Positions 56,166 through 64,000 of a stretch of DNA of 64,000 nucleotides are shown here, piece by piece. The notes below the pieces were generated by a model that saw nothing but the letters and a program-made list of their open reading frames with translations, was not told the origin of the DNA and did no database searches. Both the position numbers and the translations under genes were made by a program. Origin of the DNA: Ignavibacteriales bacterium (lineage in GTDB: Bacteria > Bacteroidota > Ignavibacteria > UBA10030 > UBA6906); assembly GCA_037441705.1 (NCBI GenBank), contig JBBIRR010000013.1, positions 14,073 to 78,072 on the forward strand, written 5' to 3'. Position 1 is the first letter of the stretch, and each line of letters starts with the position of its first letter.

Positions 56166-57155
56166 ATGTCGTACGACATCAAGGCAATCAACGAGAAGAT
56201 TCAACGCGAAAGCGCATTCGTCGACGCATTGCAGGCAGAAATCGGCAAAGTGATCGTGGGCCAGAAGCACATGGTCGAGCGCCTGTTGGTGGGACTGCTC
56301 TCGAACGGACACATTCTTCTGGAAGGTGTGCCGGGTCTTGCCAAAACGCTCTCCATCAAGACGCTGGCTGCCGCCGTGGATGCAAAGTTCCAGCGGATTC
56401 AATTCACGCCCGACCTGTTGCCTGCCGACCTGATCGGCACGATGGTGTTCAATCAAAAAGAAAGCACGTTTCAGGTGAAGAAGGGTCCGATCTTCGCCAA
56501 CTTCATTCTTGCCGACGAAATCAACCGCTCGCCGGCAAAAGTGCAGAGCGCTTTGCTGGAAGCGATGCAGGAACGGCAGGTCACCATCGGCGAGCAGACG
56601 TTCAAGCTTCCTGAGCCGTTCTTGGTGCTTGCGACGCAGAACCCGATCGAGCAGGAAGGAACCTACCCTCTGCCCGAAGCGCAGGTGGACCGCTTCATGC
56701 TGAAGGTGAAGATCGGCTATCCGGCGAAAGAGGAAGAATTGCTCATCATGCGTTCGAATGTCAACGGCAGTTCTCCCACCGTCAACAAGGTGATTGAGCC
56801 GAAGGATATTCTTCGCGCCCGCAGCGTTGTGAACGAGATTTACATGGATGAGAAGATCGAGCGGTACATTCTGGACATCGTGTTTGCGACGCGCTCGCCG
56901 AAGGACTACAAGCTGGATAAGCTCAGCTCGCTGATCAGCTACGGAGCATCACCGCGGGCAAGTATCAATCTGGCTCTCGGTGCCAAGGCCTACGCGTTCA
57001 TCAAACGGCGCGGCTATGTCATCCCCGAGGATGTCCGTGCCATTTCGCTGGACGTTCTCCGTCATCGCGTTGCCGTCACTTACGAAGCCGAGGCAGAAGA
57101 AGTTACCTCCGAGCAACTCGTACAGGAAGTGCTGAACAAGATTGAAGTGCCGTGA
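56166..57155 (+). CDS. moxR: MoxR-family AAA+ ATPase
   Basis: LEGVPGLAKT, RIQFTPDLLPADL, LADEINR, ATQNPIEQEGTYPLPEAQVDRF, GASPRA. Confidence 0.96.
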   Translation: MSYDIKAINEKIQRESAFVDALQAEIGKVIVGQKHMVERLLVGLLSNGHILLEGVPGLAKTLSIKTLAAAVDAKFQRIQFTPDLLPADLIGTMVFNQKESTFQVKKGPIFANFILADEINRSPAKVQSALLEAMQERQVTIGEQTFKLPEPFLVLATQNPIEQEGTYPLPEAQVDRFMLKVKIGYPAKEEELLIMRSNVNGSSPTVNKVIEPKDILRARSVVNEIYMDEKIERYILDIVFATRSPKDYKLDKLSSLISYGASPRASINLALGAKAYAFIKRRGYVIPEDVRAISLDVLRHRVAVTYEAEAEEVTSEQLVQEVLNKIEVP

Positions 57156-57224
57156 GCACTTGGCTCACGCCGACGTCGTTGCACCGGCATGGGCGCTCAC
57201 GCTCGTGCACACACTGGCAGCAGA

Positions 57225-58100
57225 ATGGACACACGAGACCTCCTCAAAAAAGTACGACAGATCGAAATCAAAACGCGGGGACTGGTGAACCAGGTGTTCT
57301 CCGGCGAGTACCACAGCGTGTTCAAGGGCCGGGGCATGGAGTTTTCCGAGGTGCGCGAGTATCAGTACGGCGATGATATCCGTCTGATTGACTGGAACGT
57401 GTCCGCGCGGTTCAACCATCCGTTCGTCAAAGTGTTTGAAGAAGAGCGGGAACTGACCGTGATGCTGCTGGTGGATTTCAGCCGCTCGGGCAGCTTCGGA
57501 TCGGGCACACAGTTGAAGCGCGACGTGGCGGCGGAGATTTGCGCGGTGCTTTCCTTCTCGGCCATCAAGAATAACGACAAGGTGGGGCTGATTCTCTTCA
57601 CCGACAGAATCGAGAAATTCGTTCCCCCCAAAAAAGGCCGGGCGCATATCTTGCGCATCATCCGGGAGCTGATCTCGTTTGAACCTGCGGGGACGGGAAC
57701 GAACATCCGGCAGGCGCTCGAGTATTTCAACCACGTCAACAAGAAGCGTACGATCGCTTTCCTGATCTCCGACTTCATCGACGACGGCTACGACAGGATT
57801 CTCCGCATCGTCAGCCGCAAGCATGATGTGATCGCGATCGAAATCACCGACCCGCGGGAGGAAGAACTTCCCCCCGTAGGCATCATCAAGATGAGAGATG
57901 CGGAGACGGGCGAGGAACGGTGGATCGACACGAGCAATCCTTTCGTCCGCCGGCACTTTGCGCGCTACTGGCAGGAGCGCAGGGCGGCACGCAAGCACCT
58001 GTTCCTGCGCAGCCGGGTGGATGCAATCCCGATTCGCATTGATCGCCCCTACATCAAACCCATTGTGGATTTCTTCCGATTACGTGAGCAGCGATTGTGA
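57225..58100 (+). CDS. DUF58/VWA-domain protein
   Basis: GEYHSVFKGRGMEFSEVREYQYGDDIRLIDWNVSAR, EEERE, FLISDF. Confidence 0.93.
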   Translation: MDTRDLLKKVRQIEIKTRGLVNQVFSGEYHSVFKGRGMEFSEVREYQYGDDIRLIDWNVSARFNHPFVKVFEEERELTVMLLVDFSRSGSFGSGTQLKRDVAAEICAVLSFSAIKNNDKVGLILFTDRIEKFVPPKKGRAHILRIIRELISFEPAGTGTNIRQALEYFNHVNKKRTIAFLISDFIDDGYDRILRIVSRKHDVIAIEITDPREEELPPVGIIKMRDAETGEERWIDTSNPFVRRHFARYWQERRAARKHLFLRSRVDAIPIRIDRPYIKPIVDFFRLREQRL

Positions 58101-59068
58101 CGATGATGCGGATCGGTGTCGTTCTTGCGGTACTCATGGGGCTGGCGGCTGTGCGTTCGGTGAATGCGCAGCAGCCTTCCGCGCGCGCGTGGACGGACTC
58201 CAGCTCATTTCTTGTCGGCGACCCGATTACGGTGCGTGTGGAGATTGCCCATCACGGCACGCTGCGGTTCGCTCCTCTGGTGGGCGACACGTTAGGGGCC
58301 TTCCACATTCTTTCGCGAACGCCCGTACGATCCTCCTCCACAACGACTGCGACGGCCGAGTTCACCGTGGCCGTGTATGATTCCGGCACGGTAATCCTTC
58401 CACCCTTGCGCTTTGCCTACACCGAGCCGCCCGATTCCACACAGCGCGTCGTTGCGACCAACCCGCTCATTTTTACCATTCGTCTCGTTGACGTTGATAC
58501 GACGAAAGACATCAAGGATATCAAGCCGCCGCTCTCCATTCCCATAACAGTTGCTGAGATTTCGCTGATCATCGGAACGCTGGTTGGCCTGACGCTTCTC
58601 ATTTATGCATTCATGCAGTTGAGAAAGAGGAAGCTTCAGCCCGAGGAGCAGTATCAGCCGCCGCCCAAACCCGCGCACGTGATCGCGCTGGAAGAGCTTG
58701 CGTTGTTGAAAATGAAACGCCTGTGGCAGCAAGGGTTGATCAAACCCTATTACACCGAAGTGTCGGAAATTGTGCGGCGGTATTTCGAAAACCGTTTCGG
58801 ATTTCTCTCGCTGGAGAAAACGACGGATGAAACCCTGCGGGATTTGCAGTATTTCGCTGCGGCACATCCCGTTCTGCCGCAGGCGGAAACCCTGCTGCGT
58901 CGCGCGGATCTCGTGAAGTTTGCAAAATACCAGCCCACGATTGCGGAAAACGAACAGACGCTTGCGCTGGCATTCGAGATTGTTGACCGTACGCGTGTCA
59001 TCGAACGGCCGGCCCCCGAAGCGCACGCATTCGAACAGGGAGAAGCGAGTGAGGTTGTCCATGTTTGA
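58097..59068 (+). CDS. Bat-operon membrane protein (N-terminal Ig/BatD-like domain, one TM, C-terminal helical domain)
   Basis: Signal peptide; DIKDIKPP-TM; YYTEVSEIVRRY, EKTTDE, ADLVKFAK. Position between DUF58 and batA. Confidence 0.8.
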   Translation: MTMMRIGVVLAVLMGLAAVRSVNAQQPSARAWTDSSSFLVGDPITVRVEIAHHGTLRFAPLVGDTLGAFHILSRTPVRSSSTTTATAEFTVAVYDSGTVILPPLRFAYTEPPDSTQRVVATNPLIFTIRLVDVDTTKDIKDIKPPLSIPITVAEISLIIGTLVGLTLLIYAFMQLRKRKLQPEEQYQPPPKPAHVIALEELALLKMKRLWQQGLIKPYYTEVSEIVRRYFENRFGFLSLEKTTDETLRDLQYFAAAHPVLPQAETLLRRADLVKFAKYQPTIAENEQTLALAFEIVDRTRVIERPAPEAHAFEQGEASEVVHV

Positions 59069-60062
59069 TGCAGCCATCACCTTCGCGAACCCCGGGTTCT
59101 TCTGGGGGTTGCTCTTGATTCCGGCGCTTGCGTTCTGGTACGTCCGGCGGCACACGGCGCAGACCGCGGAGATACGCTACTCCTCACTGCTTCCGTTTGC
59201 CGATGTGCGGCCGACGTGGAGGGAACGCCTGCGGCACCTTCCGTTCGTGCTGCGGATGCTCGTGCTGGTGACGCTGATCATCGGGCTGGCGCGGCCCCGC
59301 ACCACATCGCAGGCCGAGACGGTGTACACGGAGGGCATCGACATCGTGCTCGTCTTCGACATCTCGGGCAGCATGCTCGCCGAAGACCTGCGGCCGAACA
59401 GGATTGAGGCGGCGCGGCAGGTGATGATGGATTTTATTGACGGACGGAAGAACGACCGAATCGGCCTCGTGATTTTCTCCGGCGAGAGTTTCACTCAGTG
59501 TCCGATGACGCTCGACTATCGCGTCTTGAAAAACCAGCTCCGCGCAGTGAAGCAAGGCATCATCGAAGATGGCACCGCCATCGGCATGGCCATTGCGCAG
59601 GCGGTGAACCGCCTGAAGGACAGCAAAGCGAAAAGCAAAGTCATGATTCTGTTGACGGACGGGGTGAACAACCGCGGCGAAATCGACCCGCTGACGGCCA
59701 CGCAGATCGCGCACACCTTCGGCATTCGCATCTACACCATCGGTGTCGGCACGACGCGCGGCGAGGCGCCTTACCCGGTGCAGACTCCCTTCGGCATGCG
59801 CTATCAGAACATGCCGGTGGATGTGGACGAAGCAACGCTCACGAAGATTGCCGAAATCACCGGAGGGCAATACTTCCGCGCGACCGACAACCGCACCCTC
59901 AAACAGATTTACAACGACATTGATGAGATGGAAAAAACGCGTATCGAGGTGCGTGCATATCGTTCCTACACAGAGTTGTTCTACGATTGGGTGTGGATCG
60001 GCCTGATTGCGTTGCTGCTGGAGGTTCTTCTTTCCCACACCTATCTTCGGAAGCTACCGTAG
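59061..60062 (+). CDS. batA: BatA VWA-domain membrane protein
   Basis: FANP...LARP; MIDAS DISGSM; GTAIG, LLTDG, IYTIG, GGQYFRA. Confidence 0.92.
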   Translation: MFDAAITFANPGFFWGLLLIPALAFWYVRRHTAQTAEIRYSSLLPFADVRPTWRERLRHLPFVLRMLVLVTLIIGLARPRTTSQAETVYTEGIDIVLVFDISGSMLAEDLRPNRIEAARQVMMDFIDGRKNDRIGLVIFSGESFTQCPMTLDYRVLKNQLRAVKQGIIEDGTAIGMAIAQAVNRLKDSKAKSKVMILLTDGVNNRGEIDPLTATQIAHTFGIRIYTIGVGTTRGEAPYPVQTPFGMRYQNMPVDVDEATLTKIAEITGGQYFRATDNRTLKQIYNDIDEMEKTRIEVRAYRSYTELFYDWVWIGLIALLLEVLLSHTYLRKLP

Positions 60063-60064
60063 CC

Positions 60065-61117
60065 ATGATCAAGTTTGCGCACACGGAGTATTTGTATCTG
60101 CTTGCCCTTGTGCCGGCACTCGTGGCGTTGTATGTGCTGGCCGGTCGTGCACGCCGCAGAGCGTGGACGCGTTTCGGCTGTCTCGACATTCTCTCGCGTC
60201 TTGCGGAAGATGCCAGCAGAGCCAAACGCGCGGCAAAGTTCACGCTGCTCGTGATGGCGTTCGCGTTCATCGTTGTTGCTCTCGCCAACCCGCAGATCGG
60301 GACGCGGCTGGTCGAAGTGAAGCAGGAAGGAGTGGATCTCTTCATCGCACTCGATGTGTCTCTGAGCATGAAGGCGGAAGACATCAAGCCCAACCGTCTG
60401 GAGAAGGCGAAGTTCGAAATCCGCAACCTTATTGATCGGCTCGCCGGCGATCGCATCGGACTGGTCGTGTTTGCCGGCGAGGCATACACACAGTTTCCGC
60501 TGACCACCGACTACAGCGGTGCGAAGTTGTTCCTCGACGCGGTGGATGTCGATGCGGTGCCCATCCCCGGCACTGCCATCGGTGCGGCCATCCAGCGCGC
60601 CATGGAGTCGTTCGACTTCAACGAGCCGACAACGAAGGTTTTGATTGTTATTACCGACGGCGAGAACACGGAAGGGGAGGCGCTCCCGGCCGCGGAGGAG
60701 GCCGCGAAAAAAGGCGTGCGCATCTGGACGATCGGCTTAGGCTCGCCGGATGGGGCGCCGATTCCGTTGTACAATGCATCGGGCCAGCAGGTGGACTTCA
60801 AGCGGGATCGGCTCGGCAATATCGTCATGACGAAGTTGGATGAAGTAACGCTGGAGAAGATTGCCGCGATCGGCAACGGCGCGTACTATCGAGGAACGAA
60901 CACGCAGGACGAGTTGAACGAAATCTACAAATCCATCAATGCCTTGCAGAAGCGAGAATTCGGCGTGAAGCAGTTTACGGACTACGAGGCGCGATATCAG
61001 TACTTTTTGGCGATGGGAATTCTTCTTTTGCTCATGGAGTTTATGATGTCAGAAAAGAAGATTCGATGGCTTGCTCGATGGAACCCGCTGCGTGCAACGA
61101 CCGAGGTGAAGGCATGA
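60065..61117 (+). CDS. batB: BatB VWA-domain membrane protein
   Basis: LANPQIG, DVSLSMKAEDIKPNRL, PLTTDY, ITDGE, GAPIP. Confidence 0.92.
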   Translation: MIKFAHTEYLYLLALVPALVALYVLAGRARRRAWTRFGCLDILSRLAEDASRAKRAAKFTLLVMAFAFIVVALANPQIGTRLVEVKQEGVDLFIALDVSLSMKAEDIKPNRLEKAKFEIRNLIDRLAGDRIGLVVFAGEAYTQFPLTTDYSGAKLFLDAVDVDAVPIPGTAIGAAIQRAMESFDFNEPTTKVLIVITDGENTEGEALPAAEEAAKKGVRIWTIGLGSPDGAPIPLYNASGQQVDFKRDRLGNIVMTKLDEVTLEKIAAIGNGAYYRGTNTQDELNEIYKSINALQKREFGVKQFTDYEARYQYFLAMGILLLLMEFMMSEKKIRWLARWNPLRATTEVKA

Positions 61118-61860
61118 GAACGTCCACCCTGATCGCTCTGTTTGCTGCGAGTCTGCTCGGTGTTTGCTCCGCGAGCGCACAGTCCGTTCGTTCGCTGATC
61201 AACGACGGCAACGATCTCTACGCCGAGAAAAACTACGCGGACGCCGAGGTCAACTATCGGAAGGCTCTGGAACGAGACATCACCTCCCTGCCGGGCCATT
61301 TCAATCTCGGTAATGCTCTCTATCGGCAGGAGAAGTTTGACGAGTCCATAACGAAGTTTGAGGATGCCGTTCGCAAGAGCGAAACGCCGACGGCAAAAGC
61401 AAAGGCGTTCTACAATCTCGGCGATGCGTATCTCAAATCGCAGAAGTACGAAGAGGCCGTGAAGGCGTTCACCGAATCCTTGAAGCTGAACCCGCACGAT
61501 TTCGACGCGAAATACAATCTTTCCTACGCGCTGACGAAACTGCGCGATCAGCAGCAGAATCAGAAGAGCGACAAGAACAAGCAGGACCAGAACAAACGGG
61601 ACCAGAATAAGCAGGATCAACAAAACCAGAAGCAACAGCAGCAGAACCAGGATCAGCAAAAGGACCAGCAGCAGCGCGATCAGCAGCAGAACCGGCAGCA
61701 GGATCAGCAGCGGGCGCAACAGCCCAAACAGCAGGAGAAGATGATGTCGAAAGCCGAGGCCGAACGGATTCTTGAGGTTCTGAAGAACAGCGAGAAGGAC
61801 GTGCAGAAGAAGCTGCGCCAGCGGGTGGCCGGCCGTCCGAAGACAGAAAAGGATTGGTGA
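61114..61860 (+). CDS. batC: BatC TPR protein with Gln-rich linker
   Basis: Signal peptide; TPRs (FNLGNALY, YNLGDAY, AKYNL); Q-rich tract; C-terminal EKDW. Confidence 0.88.
   Translation: MRTSTLIALFAASLLGVCSASAQSVRSLINDGNDLYAEKNYADAEVNYRKALERDITSLPGHFNLGNALYRQEKFDESITKFEDAVRKSETPTAKAKAFYNLGDAYLKSQKYEEAVKAFTESLKLNPHDFDAKYNLSYALTKLRDQQQNQKSDKNKQDQNKRDQNKQDQQNQKQQQQNQDQQKDQQQRDQQQNRQQDQQRAQQPKQQEKMMSKAEAERILEVLKNSEKDVQKKLRQRVAGRPKTEKDW
61548..61740 (+). repeat. Low-complexity CAG-rich coding repeat (Q/D/N/K tract of BatC)
   Basis: Imperfect ~15-nt units CAGGACCAGAACAAA / CGGGACCAGAATAAG / CAGGATCAACAAAAC and CAG runs. Confidence 0.8.
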
Positions 61861-61861
61861 G

Positions 61862-63712
61862 ATGACGATGCGTTGTTTGTTGACTCTTGTTCTCGTATGC
61901 GGAACGCTTGCAGCCGCGCGTGCGCAGGAGCCGTCATTTGAAGCACGCGTGGACAAAAACCCCGTTGCGGTGGACGAACAGTTCACACTCTCGTTTGTCT
62001 TGAGCAACGCGGGCATGAGCGGCGGAAAGAACCTCAAGCTGCCTGACCTCGAAAAGTTCCGAATCATGATGGGGCCGAGCACATCATCCAGCGTGCAGAT
62101 TATCAACGGTGCGGTTTCCTCGTCGGTTACTTACAGCTACGTTCTTCAACCCAAGGAATCGGGCAAGCACACAATCGGCGCGGCGAGCATCGAAGTCGGG
62201 GGCAAAATCTACACATCCCTTCCGATCACGATCGAGGTGGTGAAGAGTTCGCCGCAGCCGCGCCAGCCGAGGGCTCGCCAGGGAAACTCGTCCGATCTCG
62301 ACGCGCAGCTTGCTGATAATCTCTTCCTTCGGGCATCGGTGGACAAAAGCCGCGTCATGCAAGGAGAGCAGATCACGCTCGTGTACAAACTCTACACGCG
62401 CGTAGCTGTCCAGAATTACAATCTCACAAAAACACCGACGATGACGGGCTTCTGGAGTGAAGACGCCGAGATGCCCAAGCAGGTGCAGTTGACGACCGAA
62501 ACCGTGAACGGGAAGCAGTATCAGGTTGGCGTTCTCAAACGCACGGCATTATTCCCGACGCAATCGGGCACGCTGGAAATCGGGCCGATGGAGATTACCA
62601 CGCTGGTGACCGTGCGCGACCGGCGCTCGTGGGACCCGTTCGACGCATTCTTCACTGACCCGTTCGGCCGACAGATCGAGCACGTCGTGAAGAGCGATCC
62701 GATCCGCGTGAAAGTTGATCCGCTGCCGCCCGGAGCTCCAGCAAGCTTCAAGGGCGCCGTCGGACGCTTCACGATGAACGTCAAGGCCGACAGGCAGAAT
62801 GTAAAAACCAATGAACCCATCAGCGTGAAGGTAACGATCAGCGGAACCGGAAACATCAAGGTTCTGGAGTCGCCCGCAGTAGAGTTCCCCAAGGATTTCG
62901 ATCAGTACACGCCCAAGGTCACGGATAATATCAACCGGCGGGAAGCAAAAATCTCCGGCACAAAAGTGTTCGAATACATCCTCATTCCACGCAACCCGGG
63001 GAAGAGAAGCATCAAGCCGGTGGAGTTCAGCTACTTCGATCTGGGAAAGAACCAATACGTGACGCTGCGCTCGAACGAGATTGAAATGAATGTGGAGCCG
63101 GGAGCCGCCGGCGTCGCGCCGTACGTTGCCGCCGGCCCGCGCTCGGATGTCGAGCTGCTGAGCCAGGACATTCGTTTCATCAAAGTCGCACGGCCTTCGT
63201 TTGGGCGTCGGGGAGAATTTACGCACACCAGTCCGGTGTTCATTGCGTTGACGCTGCTGCCGCTTGCCGGACTTGCCGGGCTGTTTGTCTACACCCGGCA
63301 TCGTCAGGCGGCGATGAGCGACCTTGTAGGTTACCGCAACCGACAGGCACTCAAGGTTGCGAAGAAGGGATTGAGAACCGCCGAGCAGTTGCTGAAGGAG
63401 ATCGCCGCAGGAAAAGATGGGTCGTCGGAAAAGAAGCTGCAGTTCTACTCCGAAGTGGCAAAGTCCATGTGGAAATACCTGAGCGACAAGCTGAACATCC
63501 AGCAAGCGGACTTATCGATTGACAATGCGGTGAACGAGTTGAACAGGAAGCTGGTGAATGGAGAAATTGCCGCTTCGCTCCGTTCGCTGCTCGAAGTATG
63601 CGAGATGGCACGCTTCGCACCGACGGGCCTCTCGGTAGATACACTTCAGAAAACGTACGACGACGCCAGCAAAATCATCGTTGATCTCGAACGAACATTG
63701 AAGAACGTATGA
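61862..63712 (+). CDS. batD: BatD protein
   Basis: GPSTSSSVQIING, ALFPTQSG, FKGAVGRF, ISGTGN, FSYFD, TM near the C-terminus, RFAP. Confidence 0.9.
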   Translation: MTMRCLLTLVLVCGTLAAARAQEPSFEARVDKNPVAVDEQFTLSFVLSNAGMSGGKNLKLPDLEKFRIMMGPSTSSSVQIINGAVSSSVTYSYVLQPKESGKHTIGAASIEVGGKIYTSLPITIEVVKSSPQPRQPRARQGNSSDLDAQLADNLFLRASVDKSRVMQGEQITLVYKLYTRVAVQNYNLTKTPTMTGFWSEDAEMPKQVQLTTETVNGKQYQVGVLKRTALFPTQSGTLEIGPMEITTLVTVRDRRSWDPFDAFFTDPFGRQIEHVVKSDPIRVKVDPLPPGAPASFKGAVGRFTMNVKADRQNVKTNEPISVKVTISGTGNIKVLESPAVEFPKDFDQYTPKVTDNINRREAKISGTKVFEYILIPRNPGKRSIKPVEFSYFDLGKNQYVTLRSNEIEMNVEPGAAGVAPYVAAGPRSDVELLSQDIRFIKVARPSFGRRGEFTHTSPVFIALTLLPLAGLAGLFVYTRHRQAAMSDLVGYRNRQALKVAKKGLRTAEQLLKEIAAGKDGSSEKKLQFYSEVAKSMWKYLSDKLNIQQADLSIDNAVNELNRKLVNGEIAASLRSLLEVCEMARFAPTGLSVDTLQKTYDDASKIIVDLERTLKNV

Positions 63713-64000
63713 AACCTGCGATTGTCATGGTTCTGATGCTCTCAGCCGCTGCACTGCATGCCGAGACAGCAGAACAGGCGTTTGATCAGGCGAACCAACT
63801 CTATCAGCAAGGCAAGTTTACGGATGCCATCGAGAAGTACGAGGCGATTCTCCAGAGCGGACTCGTGAGCGCCGAGCTGTATTACAATCTGGGCAACGCT
63901 TACTACAAAACGGGAAACATCGGGAAGGCCATCCTCAACTACGAGCGCGCTCTGCGCCTGCAGCCGAAAGATGACGACATTCTCCACAACCTGCAGCTTG
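63709..64000 (+). CDS. batE: BatE TPR protein (truncated by the window end)
   Basis: ATGA overlap with batD. Translates as MKPAIVMVLMLSAAALHA-ETAEQAFDQANQLY...YYNLGNAYYKTGNIGKAILNYERAL. Confidence 0.88.
   Translation, partial: MKPAIVMVLMLSAAALHAETAEQAFDQANQLYQQGKFTDAIEKYEAILQSGLVSAELYYNLGNAYYKTGNIGKAILNYERALRLQPKDDDILHNLQL

Noticed and set aside
61548-61740. Repeat tract considered as a CRISPR array or non-coding VNTR
   Set aside because: In-frame low-complexity coding sequence of BatC; no repeat-spacer structure and no cas genes.

Overview
This is a gene-dense, GC-rich chromosomal segment from a diderm bacterium of the FCB group. Gene content, Shine-Dalgarno use and E. coli-type sigma70 promoters suggest Ignavibacteria/Chlorobi-like rather than Bacteroidia (inference). 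It holds about 55 CDSs, mostly housekeeping: DinG helicase (partial), HU, a yggS-divIVA-PNP-DUF2905-SIMPL-ileS-dksA-lspA-rluD block, rlmN-adk-GDPD, a minus-strand purN-purH-mreBCD-mrdA-rodA-LonC-pdxH operon, an envelope block (PpiD/SurA-like, OM barrel, methyltransferase, aroK, split hldE, TamB-like, RNase R, peptidase-PD40-Omp85), three-gene pntAB, SSADH, serS, a heterodimeric ABC exporter, fbp, a CpoB-like lipoprotein, an orphan ATP-grasp enzyme and a moxR-DUF58-batABCDE operon. I saw no rRNA, tRNA, CRISPR array, transposase or phage genes. The best candidate for an undescribed system is a self-contained unit at about 9.9-13.3 kb. It has its own promoter and terminator and is a tandem duplication of a two-gene module: a DUF6588-like outer-membrane beta-barrel plus a small beta-rich lipoprotein. 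Other notable points: an apparent non-canonical ATC start for RNase R, a GIHH-type IleRS2, a DksA-like protein with a rearranged zinc finger, a TamB-like protein without TamA near a peptidase/propeller Omp85, and a very regular TTGnnn-N17-TAnnnT promoter found before 13 transcription units. All family assignments come from motif recognition by eye; no searches were run.
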